Source: Sphingomonadales bacterium
Lineage (GTDB): Bacteria > Pseudomonadota > Alphaproteobacteria > Sphingomonadales > Sphingomonadaceae
Assembly: GCA_043778865.1 (NCBI GenBank)
Contig: JAYWFI010000146.1
Coordinates: forward strand, 1 to 57,946
Reading direction: 5' to 3'
DNA length: 57,946 nt
The notes beneath the pieces are model-generated. The model saw only the letters and a program-made list of their open reading frames with translations, had not been told where the DNA came from and did not search any database. A program made the translations under genes and the position numbers. Shown here in pieces: positions 20,100 through 29,227 of the stretch (positions are counted from its first letter, which is position 1; each line of letters opens with the position of its first letter).

Positions 20100-21278
20100 T
20101 TATCTAGCATTTTGATAAATCACTTTTAATGTACGGCGCAGGCGTTCAACTTCTGCTTCGCGCGCTATAAAATAGCTTACAATGTAAACTTCTTTGCCAT
20201 CCGCCGTTACTTCCAAAGTGGCTCTAAGCCACTTATCGTCAGTCATTTTTAATAAGATAATGTGTTGATCATTTTGCTTAAAGATGATTTCAGGTGCTTC
20301 GCCTAAATCAAGCAGCTTACGGTAAACATCCAGCGACAATTCAGGGTGTTTGAGTAACTGCTTAGCGTAAGTGTCCGATGATAATATAGCCACCGACGTC
20401 TCTGTACCCAAAATTTCGCGTTCAAGCTGTCCCAAAACCATCACAGGAAAGCTTTGCTGTTCGTTGACCAAAAACGCATCGAATGCAGTTGACTCTACGA
20501 TATCACGAAGCACAGCCCGGGCCATTGGTAGATTGCTCTTGGCAACCTCATTAATTGTATCTCTTAGGCTATCAGAAACGCCAGCTAGATGTGCTTTACC
20601 AACATTATAAGCAAAACCCGGGTCAATGCCGCGCGGAACGCTTTGGATCACGCCATCCTTGCGAATGTAGTCATACATCTCACCGTTATTTGGCGGGTTT
20701 TTCACTACTTTTAAGCCCAACCTATCTAAGTCGCGCTGGGAATACTGAATAATATTACAGCGACAATTCCAGCCACAAGGCGGATAATGGGTATCCCACC
20801 ATGGATGGTCAACGGGCAGCACCGTGCCATCCCACGCTTTATGTAATGGCCTAGTGCGGCGATCATGAATGGCGCTGTACATCAAGAATGGATGTGAAAC
20901 TTTATTGGCTTGAATGCGCTTCCACTGTCCCGCAGCGACTGCCATGCGCAGGTTGGTATCGTAGATTATGCGCAAGCGGCGATCTGTTAAAATATTTGGC
21001 GGCGAAGTTCCGTTCTGTGCGGACGCGGTAAGTTCTGGCAAAATGCCCGCTTTCCACATTCCAAACGTACCGCCTTGATCCAGCATAACATCAAGGCTTG
21101 CGCGCACCGATTGAAGCACATTTACATCGTTAATACCGCTGACGGTAAAGGCGCGGGCATGTTCTTCTTGCCACAGATCAAGCCAAGTGCTGGTCGGGAT
21201 CACGCGGCCTTTGGCACGGAAAAATTCAACCGTTTCAGTTGGCGGCAAACCTATTTTATAGCCTATCTCCGGAGGCAT
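20100..21278 (-). CDS. Mu gpF (MuF) minor head protein with C-terminal PBECR-like extension
   Basis: DRRTRPLH and YPPCGWNCRC of the MuF domain; extra C-terminal region KQLLKHPEL...EVYIVSYF. Confidence 0.88.
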   Translation of the reverse strand: MPPEIGYKIGLPPTETVEFFRAKGRVIPTSTWLDLWQEEHARAFTVSGINDVNVLQSVRASLDVMLDQGGTFGMWKAGILPELTASAQNGTSPPNILTDRRLRIIYDTNLRMAVAAGQWKRIQANKVSHPFLMYSAIHDRRTRPLHKAWDGTVLPVDHPWWDTHYPPCGWNCRCNIIQYSQRDLDRLGLKVVKNPPNNGEMYDYIRKDGVIQSVPRGIDPGFAYNVGKAHLAGVSDSLRDTINEVAKSNLPMARAVLRDIVESTAFDAFLVNEQQSFPVMVLGQLEREILGTETSVAILSSDTYAKQLLKHPELSLDVYRKLLDLGEAPEIIFKQNDQHIILLKMTDDKWLRATLEVTADGKEVYIVSYFIAREAEVERLRRTLKVIYQNAR

Positions 21279-21279
21279 A

Positions 21280-22827
21280 TCAGATATCTTGGCTTGAGAC
21301 AGTATCGGTCTCTGCTTCTAATCGTAGCGCAAAGCCCGCGCGCGCGATTACAGATTGCAACAATGCTTCATCGTCGTTGCTTAAGCTTTGCAACAGCGCT
21401 GCATCTAATTCGATTATGTTGTCGCTGTTTTCAATCGCATCAATAATCGACCTTAATTGCGGAGACAGAGGTTTCCACCCTTGAGATGCAATCATCTCGC
21501 TCACTACCATGTCGATCTTGTCAACTTCTGCGGGTTGGTTGTCTTCGGCAAATGCAATCTTTTTGACATCATTCGGCGGATTATCATTTTGTGTAACAGG
21601 CAATGCAGTGTCTGTGTTCTGTTTTGCTGACGCAGTTTGTGCAGAATTTTGAGGCGCATCAAGCGGCTTTCTTTCGTATCCGTCGCCGTATGTGTTCTTG
21701 AAGCTTTCATCGGTTCTAACCCACCCTGTATCCGATAGAATTACGTCGGTTTCCGCGAGTACTTTTAAATCAGCCTCTTCTTCAACCCGCCGGATTAGCA
21801 ACGGCGAAGCAACTTGTTCGCCGTAATTCCAATCGGTCCACCAGCGCGCGGGTCCAACGTTAAAGCTGTCAGAAAGCAAATCCGCGTCGGCCTTCACGAT
21901 ATCAAGCTTCACGTCGGCATGAACTGTCGCTTGGCTTTGTGAGGAGCCATTATCGGTCGTCATTGTTTGGGACAGGATAATCTTTGAAATTGCAGCGTCC
22001 ATATAGCTGCAGAGTTCTTTATAATCGGCGGTCCCGCCTCTAGATGCCTGTAGCAGGTCAATTGCAATGCCTTCAGGAACCGCAATACCGCTATCGGTGG
22101 AAAGCGACCGCAGAAGCTGCACAACCTTATCGACGTCTTGCTGCGGCGTGCCGCGCTTATAGGTGGCTTTGGCTGTTGGGCTACCAAACTTATCTAAGAA
22201 AATATTCCAAAACCGAATGCCGTTGCGCTTGAAGTATGTTGGCCAATAAAGCTCGCCCGCCAAACCTTCGCCGTAGATGACATCATCATCGGTTCCGCCC
22301 TCGGTTACGACCCAGAATTTCTTTTCTGGCATGACGATGCCATTAGGCTTTGAATGGGTTAAAAGCCGCAGTTCACGGTCTTTGCCAAAGCGAAAACGGC
22401 GAGCATTGCGCACGTGAATAGCCGAAAAATCCCAACGGCCATCAAATTGTTCCAATGTACATTCCGCAACAGCGATCCCGTGAAACGGCGCGTACAGCAT
22501 TTTCTTTGTTACGCGGTCCCAGCCAAGCCGGCTTAGGTTATTTTTCAATGCATCCGCGGCCTCAATGCTGCGCGGGTCTTCTTCATCTCCTGGTACAACA
22601 TCCCATTCCGCAGAGACAACTGCACGGATACGCTGTTCAAGGCATGATTTAACCTGGTCATCTTTACGTATTTTTTCGTAAATGCCCCAATCCACACTTT
22701 GCATCAATCGCGGATCAATCGGTTGTTCTATCTCGGCCACATAAGGCCGCGTAATATCAAGTCCATCGGCCGTAGTTGCGATTGGATTGGTCAGTTCCGC
22801 AGGCGGTTTTTGTTTGGCGGGTGCCAT
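21280..22827 (-). CDS. Portal protein (Mu gp29 / DUF935)
   Basis: FLDKFGSP, ISKIILSQTMTT; follows terminase. Confidence 0.92.
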   Translation of the reverse strand: MAPAKQKPPAELTNPIATTADGLDITRPYVAEIEQPIDPRLMQSVDWGIYEKIRKDDQVKSCLEQRIRAVVSAEWDVVPGDEEDPRSIEAADALKNNLSRLGWDRVTKKMLYAPFHGIAVAECTLEQFDGRWDFSAIHVRNARRFRFGKDRELRLLTHSKPNGIVMPEKKFWVVTEGGTDDDVIYGEGLAGELYWPTYFKRNGIRFWNIFLDKFGSPTAKATYKRGTPQQDVDKVVQLLRSLSTDSGIAVPEGIAIDLLQASRGGTADYKELCSYMDAAISKIILSQTMTTDNGSSQSQATVHADVKLDIVKADADLLSDSFNVGPARWWTDWNYGEQVASPLLIRRVEEEADLKVLAETDVILSDTGWVRTDESFKNTYGDGYERKPLDAPQNSAQTASAKQNTDTALPVTQNDNPPNDVKKIAFAEDNQPAEVDKIDMVVSEMIASQGWKPLSPQLRSIIDAIENSDNIIELDAALLQSLSNDDEALLQSVIARAGFALRLEAETDTVSSQDI

Positions 22828-22836
22828 ATCGTGCTC

Positions 22837-24417
22837 CTAAAGCGAATAATCGTCATTAAAGTTTCGGCGGATACCGCCGATGCCCGTGGCAGTATATTCG
22901 CCAGCCAGATCGGATGATGCGCGCCCGCCTGTGCTGTAAAATTCAACGGGGCCTGTATCCTCATCGGCTGCCGCGACGAGATGCATCAGTGCGACTGCGG
23001 TATCGCCGTGCCGCTTGCCTTTTGCGCCATCGGCCTTATCGCGCGAGCGGTCGACAATCGTCGGGACGCCTTTGACAAGTTTGATACAGCGTAGGTCGTC
23101 TAATACGCCTTCACTTTTTGGAAGGACGATGGAACGATCTTCAATACGCGCTTTGAGGCGCGGCATCATTGTCAGATAGGTTGACGCCGTGGCCATCACC
23201 AATTCCACGGCATCACTGCCATAACGATCTTGCATCGCCTCGGCCAAACCAAAACCATTGCCGCGCGCATCCATTTTGCCTGCCGCAAACAACGCCATAT
23301 TCTCAATAATGAATACGAGCACTTGTTCCTGCTCACGGTTCGGCACGTTGCGCATTTCGACAATGAAGTGGCAAATCAGGTTCGACAGCTCGTCATACTG
23401 GCCGACCGCGATTGCCGAAAGATCGGACGAACGGGCAAAATCCTGCCCAAAATAGCTGTAGCGCGACGGCTCCATCCGTTTCAGCAAAGGCTGTACTTCG
23501 GTCTCAAGCCATTCCTGGACCCAGCCCCGCCGCCATTCTAGCTCGCCGCGCTCAAAACCGTTCGGGCATGATAGGCGTAGCACCGGATAAACAGGTGACA
23601 TGGCCGCCTCAATCGTTGCCCGCGCCAGATATGTTCCTGTGCCGCGCGAAGGCACCACATCAAGCTCTTCGTCTGCGGCATCGCCGTAAAAACTGCGCAG
23701 GTCGGCTTCCCATACATCCTGTGCCTTTTGGGTCCATACTTTGCCTGTTCGCAAACAAATGCGCTGATACAGGCCTTCATCCAATGCTTCGTTCAGCGTA
23801 ATGCGCTGGACAACGCCTTTGCGCTTGCCGCCGCGAATGTCGTTTATTAATTCGTTGAACGGGTTGTCCGCGCCGTCATGCGTAGAGATCACAATGACGC
23901 GCCCGCCCCACATCAACAATGCAAGCGCAGCTTTTAAGAGTTCATCCAGTTGTTCATGGAAAGCGGCCTCGTCAATAATCACGACGCCTTGTTTGCCGCG
24001 CAAGGATCGCGGTTTAGAAGACAGCGCCACTATGGAATGGCCCGATGGATAATCGATCCGAAACGCTTTGATCCCTGCTTCTGATCCGTCGTTGAACAAG
24101 AATTCATTTTGTTTTGCGCCAACATCGAACGTCTTGGTGAAGTCACTGCAATATCCAATGAATTCGCGTGTCATCTCCAAATTGTAAGCGATATAGAACA
24201 CGTCCATACCGCCTTTTGCCGCCGCTGCGGTGAGCACCGCGTCCATTGCAAAGCCATACGTGATGCCTGTACGCCTCGATTTTTCGCATACAAAAAGCGG
24301 GTTGGCGTGGCTTTGATTGATACCTTCGGCTTGATATGGCAGCAGGATATCTGGAAGTGGATTGGCTTGCGGATCGCTTGGCGCGTCATTATTCTTATGG
24401 TTCGCGCGGACCGTCAC
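22837..24417 (-). CDS. Terminase large subunit (Mu gp28-like)
   Basis: EKSRRTGIT, VIIDEAAFH, GQDFARSSDLS, RHGDTAVA. Confidence 0.95.
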   Translation of the reverse strand: MTVRANHKNNDAPSDPQANPLPDILLPYQAEGINQSHANPLFVCEKSRRTGITYGFAMDAVLTAAAAKGGMDVFYIAYNLEMTREFIGYCSDFTKTFDVGAKQNEFLFNDGSEAGIKAFRIDYPSGHSIVALSSKPRSLRGKQGVVIIDEAAFHEQLDELLKAALALLMWGGRVIVISTHDGADNPFNELINDIRGGKRKGVVQRITLNEALDEGLYQRICLRTGKVWTQKAQDVWEADLRSFYGDAADEELDVVPSRGTGTYLARATIEAAMSPVYPVLRLSCPNGFERGELEWRRGWVQEWLETEVQPLLKRMEPSRYSYFGQDFARSSDLSAIAVGQYDELSNLICHFIVEMRNVPNREQEQVLVFIIENMALFAAGKMDARGNGFGLAEAMQDRYGSDAVELVMATASTYLTMMPRLKARIEDRSIVLPKSEGVLDDLRCIKLVKGVPTIVDRSRDKADGAKGKRHGDTAVALMHLVAAADEDTGPVEFYSTGGRASSDLAGEYTATGIGGIRRNFNDDYSL

Positions 24418-24944
24418 GTCGCAAGGCCAAGCAATTTTGTTTTAAGCAGTTCGATAACAGTATCGGATGCACCTGCATTTCGGGCCACGGTTTCTGCGGT
24501 TTTGGCGGCTTCTTCGAAACTTTCTTTACGCTGCGCGCGCAGGCGTTCTTCTTGGTCTTTGGCAAGCTTACCCAAGTCGGCGGCGGCGCGGGTGAGGCGG
24601 GACAGTTCAAGTGCGTCCGTATCAATATCTGCGCCCGAAACTTTGGGCAGAATGAACCCTGTAATCATTGTAGTCAGCAGCTGGCCCATGAGGCGTGACT
24701 GGTCGTCATTTTCGCCGCCAAACTCTTTGCCAAACGCCGAGGCAACCGTGTTCATGTCTCGCTGATTTTCGACGAAAGCGCGGTAATCTTGGGTATAGCG
24801 GCCAACCGCGCTGCGACTAAGGCCGTGGCCCATTTCGCCGAGCATTGTGACAATGCCATCAATTGTGACATCGCGCAGTAAAGCCTCTTGCACAGCCGTT
24901 AAAACTTCCTTTGGCAAAGCTTTAAGAGTGGATTTTCGCGCCAT
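24414..24944 (-). CDS. Terminase small subunit (Mu gp27 / DUF3486)
   Basis: MARKSTLKALP...SRSAVGRY; directly upstream of terL. Confidence 0.85.
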   Translation of the reverse strand: MARKSTLKALPKEVLTAVQEALLRDVTIDGIVTMLGEMGHGLSRSAVGRYTQDYRAFVENQRDMNTVASAFGKEFGGENDDQSRLMGQLLTTMITGFILPKVSGADIDTDALELSRLTRAAADLGKLAKDQEERLRAQRKESFEEAAKTAETVARNAGASDTVIELLKTKLLGLAT

Positions 24945-25231
24945 TACTCGCCTGTCTTAAACTTGGAAACGCCGTCAAAATCCCAGCGGCCATTTGCGAC
25001 ATCGCGGCCATTGGCAATTAACCGCGCAACGGTATAAGGGCCCAGCTCTTCGGTTTTCACGAGCTCATGCTGCGCCAACCAAGCAAGCTGCGCCTGTACC
25101 TCGCTTTCGGCAACACGGTGACCGAGTTCGGTCAGCAGCATTGCGAGGACAACGTGGTTCTGCTCGCCGCCAATGTCGAACATCAGGTCAAGGATTGCGC
25201 GCCTTACAAGCGGTATAATGACAGGGTTCAT
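24944..25231 (-). CDS. Mu gp26-like winged-helix protein
   Basis: RRAILDL, LAWLAQHELV, GRDVANG; conserved position before terS. Confidence 0.75.
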   Translation of the reverse strand: MNPVIIPLVRRAILDLMFDIGGEQNHVVLAMLLTELGHRVAESEVQAQLAWLAQHELVKTEELGPYTVARLIANGRDVANGRWDFDGVSKFKTGE

Positions 25232-25578
25232 TTGCTACCTGCCCGCATGCTATTGTCGACAAGCATTTTGACGTAATCGTGGATCGTGGCGCTTTGTTTG
25301 GATAATCCCTTAACGCTGCTTTCGACACTGGCCATGCGTTCGCCCAGATCGCCGATTTCGTCGTGCAGGCTTTGCCGCGTCGGCGACGCCTCAATCTTGT
25401 CCTCAAGCAACGTAAGGCGCGTACCGTGGCCGGATACTTTTTCGGCGACCTTGGCGTGTTCGGTCAGCGTAACGAAATTTTTAATCAGCCACAAAAAAAC
25501 GCAGCTGCCCACCACGCCAAACAGCGTAAGCGCCACCGGATACAGCGCGCGAAACCAATCAAGCCAGGACGAACCCAT
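25228..25578 (-). CDS. DUF2730-like single-TM coiled-coil protein
   Basis: N-terminal TM, RLTLLEDKIEASPT; position as Mu gp25. Confidence 0.7.
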   Translation of the reverse strand: MGSSWLDWFRALYPVALTLFGVVGSCVFLWLIKNFVTLTEHAKVAEKVSGHGTRLTLLEDKIEASPTRQSLHDEIGDLGERMASVESSVKGLSKQSATIHDYVKMLVDNSMRAGSK

Positions 25579-26039
25579 TACGCCGTCTCCACGATTTCAA
25601 TCGTGAACCGCATTTTGCCAGCAATACGTTCAAAGTCCTGCATGTCTCGGTCTCTAAGACGAACGCAGCCATGCGTCGCCTTAAGGACCAGATCACCGCG
25701 CCCGCCGTGCATGCCCAAACCGCGCCGACCCGCAATCTCTGCGCGCCGCGCCTGCGTATCGTAAAAATCATCAGGATCGAGCGGACACCATAATATGCCG
25801 ATGCCCGTAACTGGCCTTGCAAGCCGAACGATGTGGGTCAGTGCGTATTTGCCCAGTGGCGTGTCGCCGCGAAATTTCACGGGGTCGTGCGAAGGGTTTG
25901 TGGGCGTGCCTACACTGCGGCCCAAGGCATGGCACGAAAAAAGGAGTGCACCAGATGGACCGCGCAATACAAGCGTGCCGTGTTTGTGCCGATCCTTTGG
26001 CAGGCTGATTAACACCGACCCTTTTGATACCCCTGACAT
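25578..26039 (-). CDS. L,D-transpeptidase (YkuD) family protein at the endolysin position
   Basis: GDTPLGKY and HGG...ATHGCVRL catalytic motif; no signal peptide. Confidence 0.8.
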   Translation of the reverse strand: MSGVSKGSVLISLPKDRHKHGTLVLRGPSGALLFSCHALGRSVGTPTNPSHDPVKFRGDTPLGKYALTHIVRLARPVTGIGILWCPLDPDDFYDTQARRAEIAGRRGLGMHGGRGDLVLKATHGCVRLRDRDMQDFERIAGKMRFTIEIVETA

Positions 26040-26100
26040 GCCAATACCCCTGCTGAATTAATGTTCAGCTTTCTTGCCGGATTATCGATGTTTGGGGGGT

Positions 26101-26116
26101 GTTGCGGTGGCGCAAC
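26101..26116. promoter_or_regulatory. Putative Mor/C activator box of the lysis-packaging operon
   Basis: Palindrome GTTGCG-gtgg-CGCAAC 60 bp upstream of the operon; half sites recur at 40357 and 40406. Confidence 0.5.
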
Positions 26117-26208
26117 GGGTTAAGGTGAGCTTCGTATTAAAGAGCCTAACTTTGTTTGATTGTCAAATCGCGCGATAATTCGTACCGAGTAATTTCAATA
26201 GGAGGATA

Positions 26209-26654
26209 ATTATTCGGCGTTTTACACTTGTATTTGCATTGCTTTTTTCCGCCTGTACCAACCCAGACATACAGGCCGCTGCGGATGCAAAACAGATTGC
26301 CGAGTTGCGTGCAGAGTTAGAGCAAACCAGCAGCGTTTGGATGAATTACAATCTGCGAAGCCTGTTCGCGCAAAAAAGTCTGTTCCCAAATCTGCGCCTG
26401 AACCTGCTGCACTCACAGACCAAGATGAAGGGTACACCGACAGCGAAGAAGGCGAAAATCTGGCGGACATGCCTGCCAAAGGCGGTTGGTGCTTTAAGGA
26501 TTATTGCCCGTGCGAACCGCATCCCGACAATGACGCAGGGGACCGGATGTATTGTGATTTGATGGAAACGGGCGGAAACGTTGATGATAGAATGCTTGCC
26601 ATCGCGCGCGCGAGGCGCGCCATCAGACTTGCTCTGCGTGAGGCGAGTGAGTAA
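26209..26654 (+). pseudogene. Frameshifted moron lipoprotein
   Basis: GGAGG RBS, ATT start, lipobox LFSAC; coiled coil ELRAELEQ continues as QQRLDELQ in the -1 frame near 26327. Confidence 0.55.
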
Positions 26655-26676
26655 CTTCCATAAAATTTGCGGCGTA

Positions 26677-26704
26677 CTCTCTCTCCCGCGCACGGGAGAG
26701 AGAG
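26677..26704. terminator. 12-bp hairpin between convergent genes (REP-like / bidirectional terminator)
   Basis: CTCTCTCTCCCG-cgca-CGGGAGAGAGAG. Confidence 0.6.
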
Positions 26705-26725
26705 GTTATAAGCCGCCATTGCAGC

Positions 26726-26920
26726 TTAGGTTTGAAAGCCCGCGAGCATTTGTGTTTTTTGCGCCTGTTCGGCAAGCAAGTCGATCATGGCCGCCAGTTC
26801 GCATGGGGTGACATCCAACGTGCGCGCCGAACCCAGCAATGCCGATAAGCCCTTCAGGCCGCCGGTGAGCGTTGCCAAGCTGCATTCAAGGTCGAGCTGC
26901 TTTGTGGGAGAGTAGCTCAT
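26726..26920 (-). CDS. Small hypothetical protein downstream of antirepressor
   Basis: 64 aa, ATGA coupling to upstream gene. Confidence 0.6.
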   Translation of the reverse strand: MSYSPTKQLDLECSLATLTGGLKGLSALLGSARTLDVTPCELAAMIDLLAEQAQKTQMLAGFQT

Positions 26921-27528
26921 GATGCGCGCACTTTAAGGCGGCTATAATGGGGCAGCAGTCTGGGCGGCATCCGGTTTTGGGTAGGGATCAAGCCAAGTAC
27001 TTCAGCAGCGCGCCGTGTTTTGGTGACCGTTGACCTTGCTTTCCAACCGCACAGCAATGCGACCTCGCTATCCGAAAGCGGCATTCCGGCGTATTTAAGG
27101 AATTTGCGGTTCGGTTTGTGCCGCAACCAAAAACTGGTCAGTTCGTTTAGTGCAGTCTTACCAATTACTGGCTGTGTCAGCAGCAGTTCGGGTTCAGAGC
27201 GCGGCGTTGTTAGCACGGCTGCCGCCCAATCACGGAATGCGGCGGCTTTGGGTGTGTTGGCAAACATCGCCAGCTTAGCAATGCCCTTGGCGGAATATAA
27301 GCGAGTAAGTTGATCGCGGCCCAAAGCATCGGGCAATTCAACAACCATTGTGTCATCAAGGCCAAACTCGGATCGATTACGTTTATAGATTTTGCCAATT
27401 GCATGTGCGCCCATAGTGTAACCAAGCGAGTGCCCAATTTGGGCACCCATCGCCCACCGTTCGTTGCCGATGATGATGATATCTAGATTTTGGCCCTCAA
27501 ATGTGGCGGGTAATGTATTAATACTCAT
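26917..27528 (-). CDS. Bro-N domain antirepressor-like protein
   Basis: IGHSLGY, IGKIYKRN, RLYSAKG, TPKAAAFRDW; AGGAG RBS. Confidence 0.8.
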   Translation of the reverse strand: MSINTLPATFEGQNLDIIIIGNERWAMGAQIGHSLGYTMGAHAIGKIYKRNRSEFGLDDTMVVELPDALGRDQLTRLYSAKGIAKLAMFANTPKAAAFRDWAAAVLTTPRSEPELLLTQPVIGKTALNELTSFWLRHKPNRKFLKYAGMPLSDSEVALLCGWKARSTVTKTRRAAEVLGLIPTQNRMPPRLLPHYSRLKVRAS

Positions 27529-27574
27529 GTCATTCTCCTGTGTTAATGGAGACGCACAGACCGCTGTTATCGGG

Positions 27575-27652
27575 TGCCCGAGCGCCGTTAGATTAACAGA
27601 CCGGCCTACAGGAAACCGGCGTAGCTTTCGCTACTCCAACGACGCCCGAACA
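27575..27652 (-). ncRNA. C4-type antisense RNA
   Basis: G-U-rich long stem, GAAA-loop hairpin, GCCGG/CCGG stem; unpaired CCUGUA and CUGUUAA are complementary to TACAGG/TTAACAG upstream and TAACAG/ACAGG at the antirepressor RBS. Confidence 0.75.
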
Positions 27653-27867
27653 TAAGTAACCGCACTCAAACGGTGTTTGGTGCGGGCGCACCTGTAAGTC
27701 AAAAAGGCTGTTAATCCCTGTTGCAGATTTTGCTGCAACGATTGATAAATAGATTTCTGAAACAGGTTTGTCAAATTTAAGAAGGATTGATTAGCAAATT
27801 CTCTCTGGACCAATAAAACTTGGGGTTGTAGCAAAAATACAATTTTAATGTGTTGAAGGGCTTTGCT

Positions 27868-28380
27868 ATGCGAAAAATTGGATTGATTTTGTTTGTAATT
27901 TCGGGCTGCTTTAGCCAAACAATGGCGCGAGCCGATGACAAAAAAATTCTTTGGCGTGATGTATATGTTGATCAAACCGAGCAATCGTTGAAAGAGGCTT
28001 ACCCGGAAAAAAGCGGAAAGGTTAAATATTCCAAAAAGTATATTAAACTCATCAGAGTTAGTATCACAGAAAAGTGCCTCGCCAATGTAGAAATTTATCA
28101 TAAAAAAGGCGTAGTTAGTAAAATTTATTTGAGCGGAAATGGCAGTTTGAACGGCAATTACTTTAGTAGCGGTTGCGCCGCAGCGATAGAAAGTGCGAGC
28201 GCGGTGAAGTTTGGAGAACCACTGCGTAAAACAAGAGAAGAATACATACTTACACCAAGTCTTTTCACGTATTGGCAAAAGGACGGCATTGATATTAGAT
28301 TTTACATACCGCTTGGTTCCAACAGTTACGACGAGTGGGGTATAATTTACCAAGCGGCGGCTTCTAGTGCCAATATTTAA
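27868..28380 (+). CDS. AT-rich moron, secreted protein of unknown function
   Basis: Signal peptide MRKIGLILFVI...ARA; opposite strand to neighbours; visibly low GC. Confidence 0.7.
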   Translation: MRKIGLILFVISGCFSQTMARADDKKILWRDVYVDQTEQSLKEAYPEKSGKVKYSKKYIKLIRVSITEKCLANVEIYHKKGVVSKIYLSGNGSLNGNYFSSGCAAAIESASAVKFGEPLRKTREEYILTPSLFTYWQKDGIDIRFYIPLGSNSYDEWGIIYQAAASSANI

Positions 28381-28421
28381 AAGGCAACAAACGTCGTGTG
28401 GCTTAGGCTCCCAGTTCCCAG

Positions 28422-28691
28422 TCACGCGTCAATTACCGCATTAAGCAAATCGTCATCTTTGTTCTCATGATTGTTGTGCCGTCCCAATAAAACATCACGC
28501 ACTTGATTGCCAAGCTCTGTATTTATGATTGGACCGTAGCGACCATTTGGCGAGGTGATGCGGTGTTCCATCAGTCCTTTTTTTATCAGGGCACGGGCCG
28601 TGCGGATATCGAAGTCGCCGCTAAAACTCCCGCGTATAATTTCCAGTCTTTGGGGCTTGGTTAGGCACTGTATAATTTTGCGGTGAGTCAC
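28422..28691 (-). CDS. Hypothetical winged-helix-like protein
   Basis: TARALIKKGL...TELG pattern; overlaps mor stop. Confidence 0.55.
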   Translation of the reverse strand: MTHRKIIQCLTKPQRLEIIRGSFSGDFDIRTARALIKKGLMEHRITSPNGRYGPIINTELGNQVRDVLLGRHNNHENKDDDLLNAVIDA

Positions 28692-29227
28692 GCCGCTTGC
28701 TCCTGTTGCTGATCTTGTTGCTGATCCTGATCCTGCGCGTCGCCAAACATCACCAGCTGGCGCGGGTCAAAATCCTGCTTCTTCGCGGGGATCATCGGCA
28801 CCGCGTCCGCGCCGTCGTCCGAATGATTGACCAGATAGCTGATATAAGAACGCGATCCCATGCCGCGTATCGTGGCGGCCTGCGTCAATGTCATCTGGCC
28901 GCTGCGCACCGCTGCCAATATTCCGGCCCGCCTTGCGCGGCGCAGCGCGTTTGTACCGACGGGTACCTGCAGGTTTTCACGCCCGTAAACGCGGCTCATC
29001 TCGCGCGCTGCCGTCTCGCCGATTAATTCGGTAAACGAACTGCGCGTCCAATCCATTGGCACATACGGGTCGGTCCCGCCAAACTGGTCCACCATCAATA
29101 ATGTGGCATGCACGCCAATATGCGCCGCCATTTCGAGCATGCTTTCGGTCCAATAGCTGCACGGCTGCGCATCATCGGGGATCGGCAGATCATCCAAGTT
29201 AAGACGGGGAACCAGCGCGCGGGTCAC
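28688..29227 (-). CDS. Mor/C-like transcription activator
   Basis: IGVHATLLMVDQFGG..YVP, YGRENLQVP, C-terminal HTH; follows gemA. Confidence 0.7.
   Translation of the reverse strand: MTRALVPRLNLDDLPIPDDAQPCSYWTESMLEMAAHIGVHATLLMVDQFGGTDPYVPMDWTRSSFTELIGETAAREMSRVYGRENLQVPVGTNALRRARRAGILAAVRSGQMTLTQAATIRGMGSRSYISYLVNHSDDGADAVPMIPAKKQDFDPRQLVMFGDAQDQDQQQDQQQEQAA

Noticed and set aside
19826-20110. 95-codon N-terminal extension of the methylase ORF
   Set aside because: No methylase motifs, overlaps the gpF stop and runs through two structured elements; ATG 19825 has a plausible RBS
27631-28425. 264-aa minus-strand ORF
   Set aside because: Shadow of the AT-rich + strand moron and the C4 leader; no motifs
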